Assembly: GCA_973895155.1 (NCBI GenBank)
Contig: OZ316896.1
Location: forward strand, 7,831,439-7,895,438
Reading direction: 5' to 3'
DNA from: Marsupella aquatica
Taxonomy: Eukaryota > Plantae > Marchantiophyta
DNA: 64,000 bases
Shown here: in pieces, positions 61,838 through 64,000 of the stretch
Numbering within the stretch: position 1 is the first letter of the stretch
Layout of the letters: every line of letters starts with the position of its first letter
Position numbers and translations under genes: made by a program
Notes under the pieces: model-generated
What the model was told of the DNA's origin: nothing
Seen by the model: only the letters and a program-made list of their open reading frames with translations
Databases searched by the model: none

Positions 61838-63039
61838 GCGGCAACAACGGCCTGTTCGACAGCCCTGCATTCGAAGCCTCGACCGCCGCTGCACAGGCCC
61901 GCATCGCGGCCATCCGCCCGAGCGCCTACGCGCGAACGCGCAACCACCTGCACGGCGATGTCACGCGGCTGTCGCCCTATCTCACGCACGGCTACACCAC
62001 CTTGCAGGAAGCCCTGTCGGGCGTGCTGCGCCAGGGTGATCTGCCCATCGAGCACAAGCTGGTCTTCGAATTCGCGTGGCGCGACCATTTCCACCACGTC
62101 TGGCAACACCGGGGCGACACCATCTTCAAATCGCTGCATGAAGGCGTGCTGCCCGACAGCGCCTACAGCCGCGTCTGGCCCGACGACATCCGGCAGGCGC
62201 GCACTGGGGTGCCCGTCATCGACCAGGCGGTGCAGACGCTGTATGCCACGGGCTATCTGCACAACCATGCGCGCATGTGGCTGGCTTCGTATGCGGTGCA
62301 CATCCGCAAGCTGCATTGGCGCAGCGGGGCTGACTGGATGTACGGCCATTTGCTGGACGGCGACCTGGCCAGCAACCATTTGAGCTGGCAATGGGTCGCC
62401 GGCACCGGCAGCCACAAGCCCTATCTGTTCAATGCCGACAACGTGGCGCGCTACGCACCGCCGGAATGGCACAGCGCCGGCACGGTGATCGACACCGATT
62501 ACGACAGCCTGGACCGCATGGCCCGCGACGCGCAGGCCTTGTCATTGCCCGATGCCGGCAAGGCCGGTGTGCAGGAACCATCGCTTCGGGCCACGCCGCC
62601 GGAAATGGACTTCACGGCACCGCAGGACACGGCGTTGAATGGCCGTGACGTGTGGCTGGTGCAGCCCTGGGCCTTGGGTTCTGCCTTGAATGCGGCCATG
62701 CCCAAGGGCGCCTTGCGGGTGGGCTGGCTGCTGCCCGAATGGCATGCGCAATGGCCCTGGAATGCCGCGCGCTGGCACTTCGTCATGCCCGGCCTCCGGG
62801 CGGCCTGCGATGTCCTCTGGTGGGCGTCAGCGGATGCCGGTCTCGTTGCACTGCAAAGGGCGGCGTCGGTGCAGGGCTGGCAAGATCCGCACACGATGGC
62901 CTTGTTGCAGCATTTGAATTTGCCGCTGAAGGCGCGGCGAACGTTGCTGCCGGCACCGGGCAGGCTTTGCGCTTCATTTTCGAAGCATTGGCAATTCGGC
63001 ATCAAGGGCCTGCATTCGGCCGCTGATTTGCTGGCTTGA
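61834..63039 (+). CDS. short photolyase with N-terminal FAD domain (NewPHL-like)
   Basis: YARTRNHL, RLSPYLTHG, TGYLHNHARMW, LLDGDLASNHLSWQW lie in the N-terminal half. About 400 aa, ATGA overlap. Confidence 0.85.
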   Translation: MSGNNGLFDSPAFEASTAAAQARIAAIRPSAYARTRNHLHGDVTRLSPYLTHGYTTLQEALSGVLRQGDLPIEHKLVFEFAWRDHFHHVWQHRGDTIFKSLHEGVLPDSAYSRVWPDDIRQARTGVPVIDQAVQTLYATGYLHNHARMWLASYAVHIRKLHWRSGADWMYGHLLDGDLASNHLSWQWVAGTGSHKPYLFNADNVARYAPPEWHSAGTVIDTDYDSLDRMARDAQALSLPDAGKAGVQEPSLRATPPEMDFTAPQDTALNGRDVWLVQPWALGSALNAAMPKGALRVGWLLPEWHAQWPWNAARWHFVMPGLRAACDVLWWASADAGLVALQRAASVQGWQDPHTMALLQHLNLPLKARRTLLPAPGRLCASFSKHWQFGIKGLHSAADLLA

Positions 63040-63242
63040 ATGTTGTGCGTTCCGGCCTTCAGGCGCAGGAATTCAACGTTTTGGCAACTCCGCGTTACAG
63101 GCGAATTCCACAATGCCGATATTGCTGGATAATGCCCGCCAATTGACACGAATTCATCAGATGTCAAATGGCACGATGCGTTCGGCTGCGAGCCGCGCAA
63201 GGTGCAAGGGAGCCATCCGCCATGAAAGCCCAAAGAGATTCC

Positions 63243-63593
63243 ATGACCAAGACCTACGCCCAGATCGTCAAGCAAATTGAAGCCCTGAAGCAAGACGCCG
63301 AAAAGGTTCGGCGCAGCGAAATTGCCGGTGTTGTCAGCCGCATCCAGGAAGCCATTGCCGTTTATGGTCTGACCGCCGAAGACCTGGGCTTTGGCGGCAA
63401 GAAGACCAAGGCGCCTAAGGCCGCGCCCACCAAGCGCAAGAGCAGCAAGACCCCGAAGGCCGCCAAGGCACCGGCTGTGGTGAAGTACCGCAACGAGACC
63501 GGCGGCACCTGGGGCGGCCGTGGCAAGCGCCCGGACTGGCTGCGTGCCGCGTTGGCCGCCGGCAAGACGCTGGCCGATTTCGAAGTCAAGTGA
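63243..63593 (+). CDS. hns: H-NS family nucleoid-associated protein
   Basis: N-terminal coiled coil, YGLTAEDL and KYR...TWGGRGKRPDW. Confidence 0.9.
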   Translation: MTKTYAQIVKQIEALKQDAEKVRRSEIAGVVSRIQEAIAVYGLTAEDLGFGGKKTKAPKAAPTKRKSSKTPKAAKAPAVVKYRNETGGTWGGRGKRPDWLRAALAAGKTLADFEVK

Positions 63594-63686
63594 ACGGGTC
63601 GGCCCTGGCCGACAGTGACGCGAACACGCGCAGCCGCGATGGGGCGGGTCTGATGTTCCAGCCGCTGCACGGCGCAGCGGCGGTAT

Positions 63687-64000
63687 TCAGGCCAACGCTT
63701 CGTCCAGCACTTCCACCCAATGCCGCACTGGCGTGGCCGTGCCGCTTTGCAAGTGCTGGATGCAGCCCACGTTGGCGCTGACGATGACCTGGGCTTCCAG
63801 CGGCGTCAGGTGGCCCAGTTTGCGGTCGCGCAGTTGCAGTGACAGTTCGGGCTGCAGCACGCTGTAGGTGCCGGCCGAACCGCAGCACAAATGGCTTTCG
63901 CTGGCGGCCAGTTGCACCTCGAAGCCCAATTCACGCAGGCCGCCTTCGACACCACCGCGCAACTGCTGGCCGTGCTGCAGGGTGCAGGGCGGATGGAAGG
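63687..64000 (-). CDS. glcF: glycolate oxidase iron-sulfur subunit, C-terminal part
   Basis: HPPCTLQHGQ, LCCGSAGTYS, SANVGC, VRHWVEVLD. Confidence 0.88.
   Translation of the reverse strand, partial: FHPPCTLQHGQQLRGGVEGGLRELGFEVQLAASESHLCCGSAGTYSVLQPELSLQLRDRKLGHLTPLEAQVIVSANVGCIQHLQSGTATPVRHWVEVLDEALA

Noticed and set aside
54085-63293. Long antisense and alternate-frame ORFs (for example 57586-60096 minus, 836 aa, and the N-terminal half of 55794-57596)
   Set aside because: Shadow ORFs expected in very GC-rich DNA opposite or overlapping well-supported genes.

Overview
The window has two sharply different parts. Bases 1 to about 53,530 are transposon-dense land-plant DNA (spliceosomal introns and plant TE lineages; bryophyte-like by inference). 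It contains a Bianca-type Ty1/copia element, an L1 LINE fragment, Ty3/gypsy pol fragments, several solo LTRs, and a complete 18.8-kb CACTA element (17-bp TIRs, GAA TSD) that carries a SET-domain ORF inside its transposase locus. It also has two copies of a 4.4-4.6-kb TG...CA element with 5-bp TSDs that encodes a long coiled-coil protein. The most novel-looking feature is a pair of diverged, decayed copies of one intron-containing gene: ParB/Srx-like fold, amino-methyltransferase-like domain, an optional Ulp1 protease, then an FCP1/NIF-like phosphatase domain. Each copy is decorated with its own family of 19-21-bp palindromes. From about 53,533 to 64,000 the sequence switches abruptly, mid-gene on both sides, to intact high-GC Burkholderiales-like bacterial DNA: amidase, TTC38-like protein, tartrate/D-malate dehydrogenase, Bug protein, MtfA, a cluster of three photolyase-family genes plus DUF2256, H-NS and glcF. 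This is most likely a chimeric join or contaminant rather than HGT. All domain calls are from motif recognition by eye; no searches were run.
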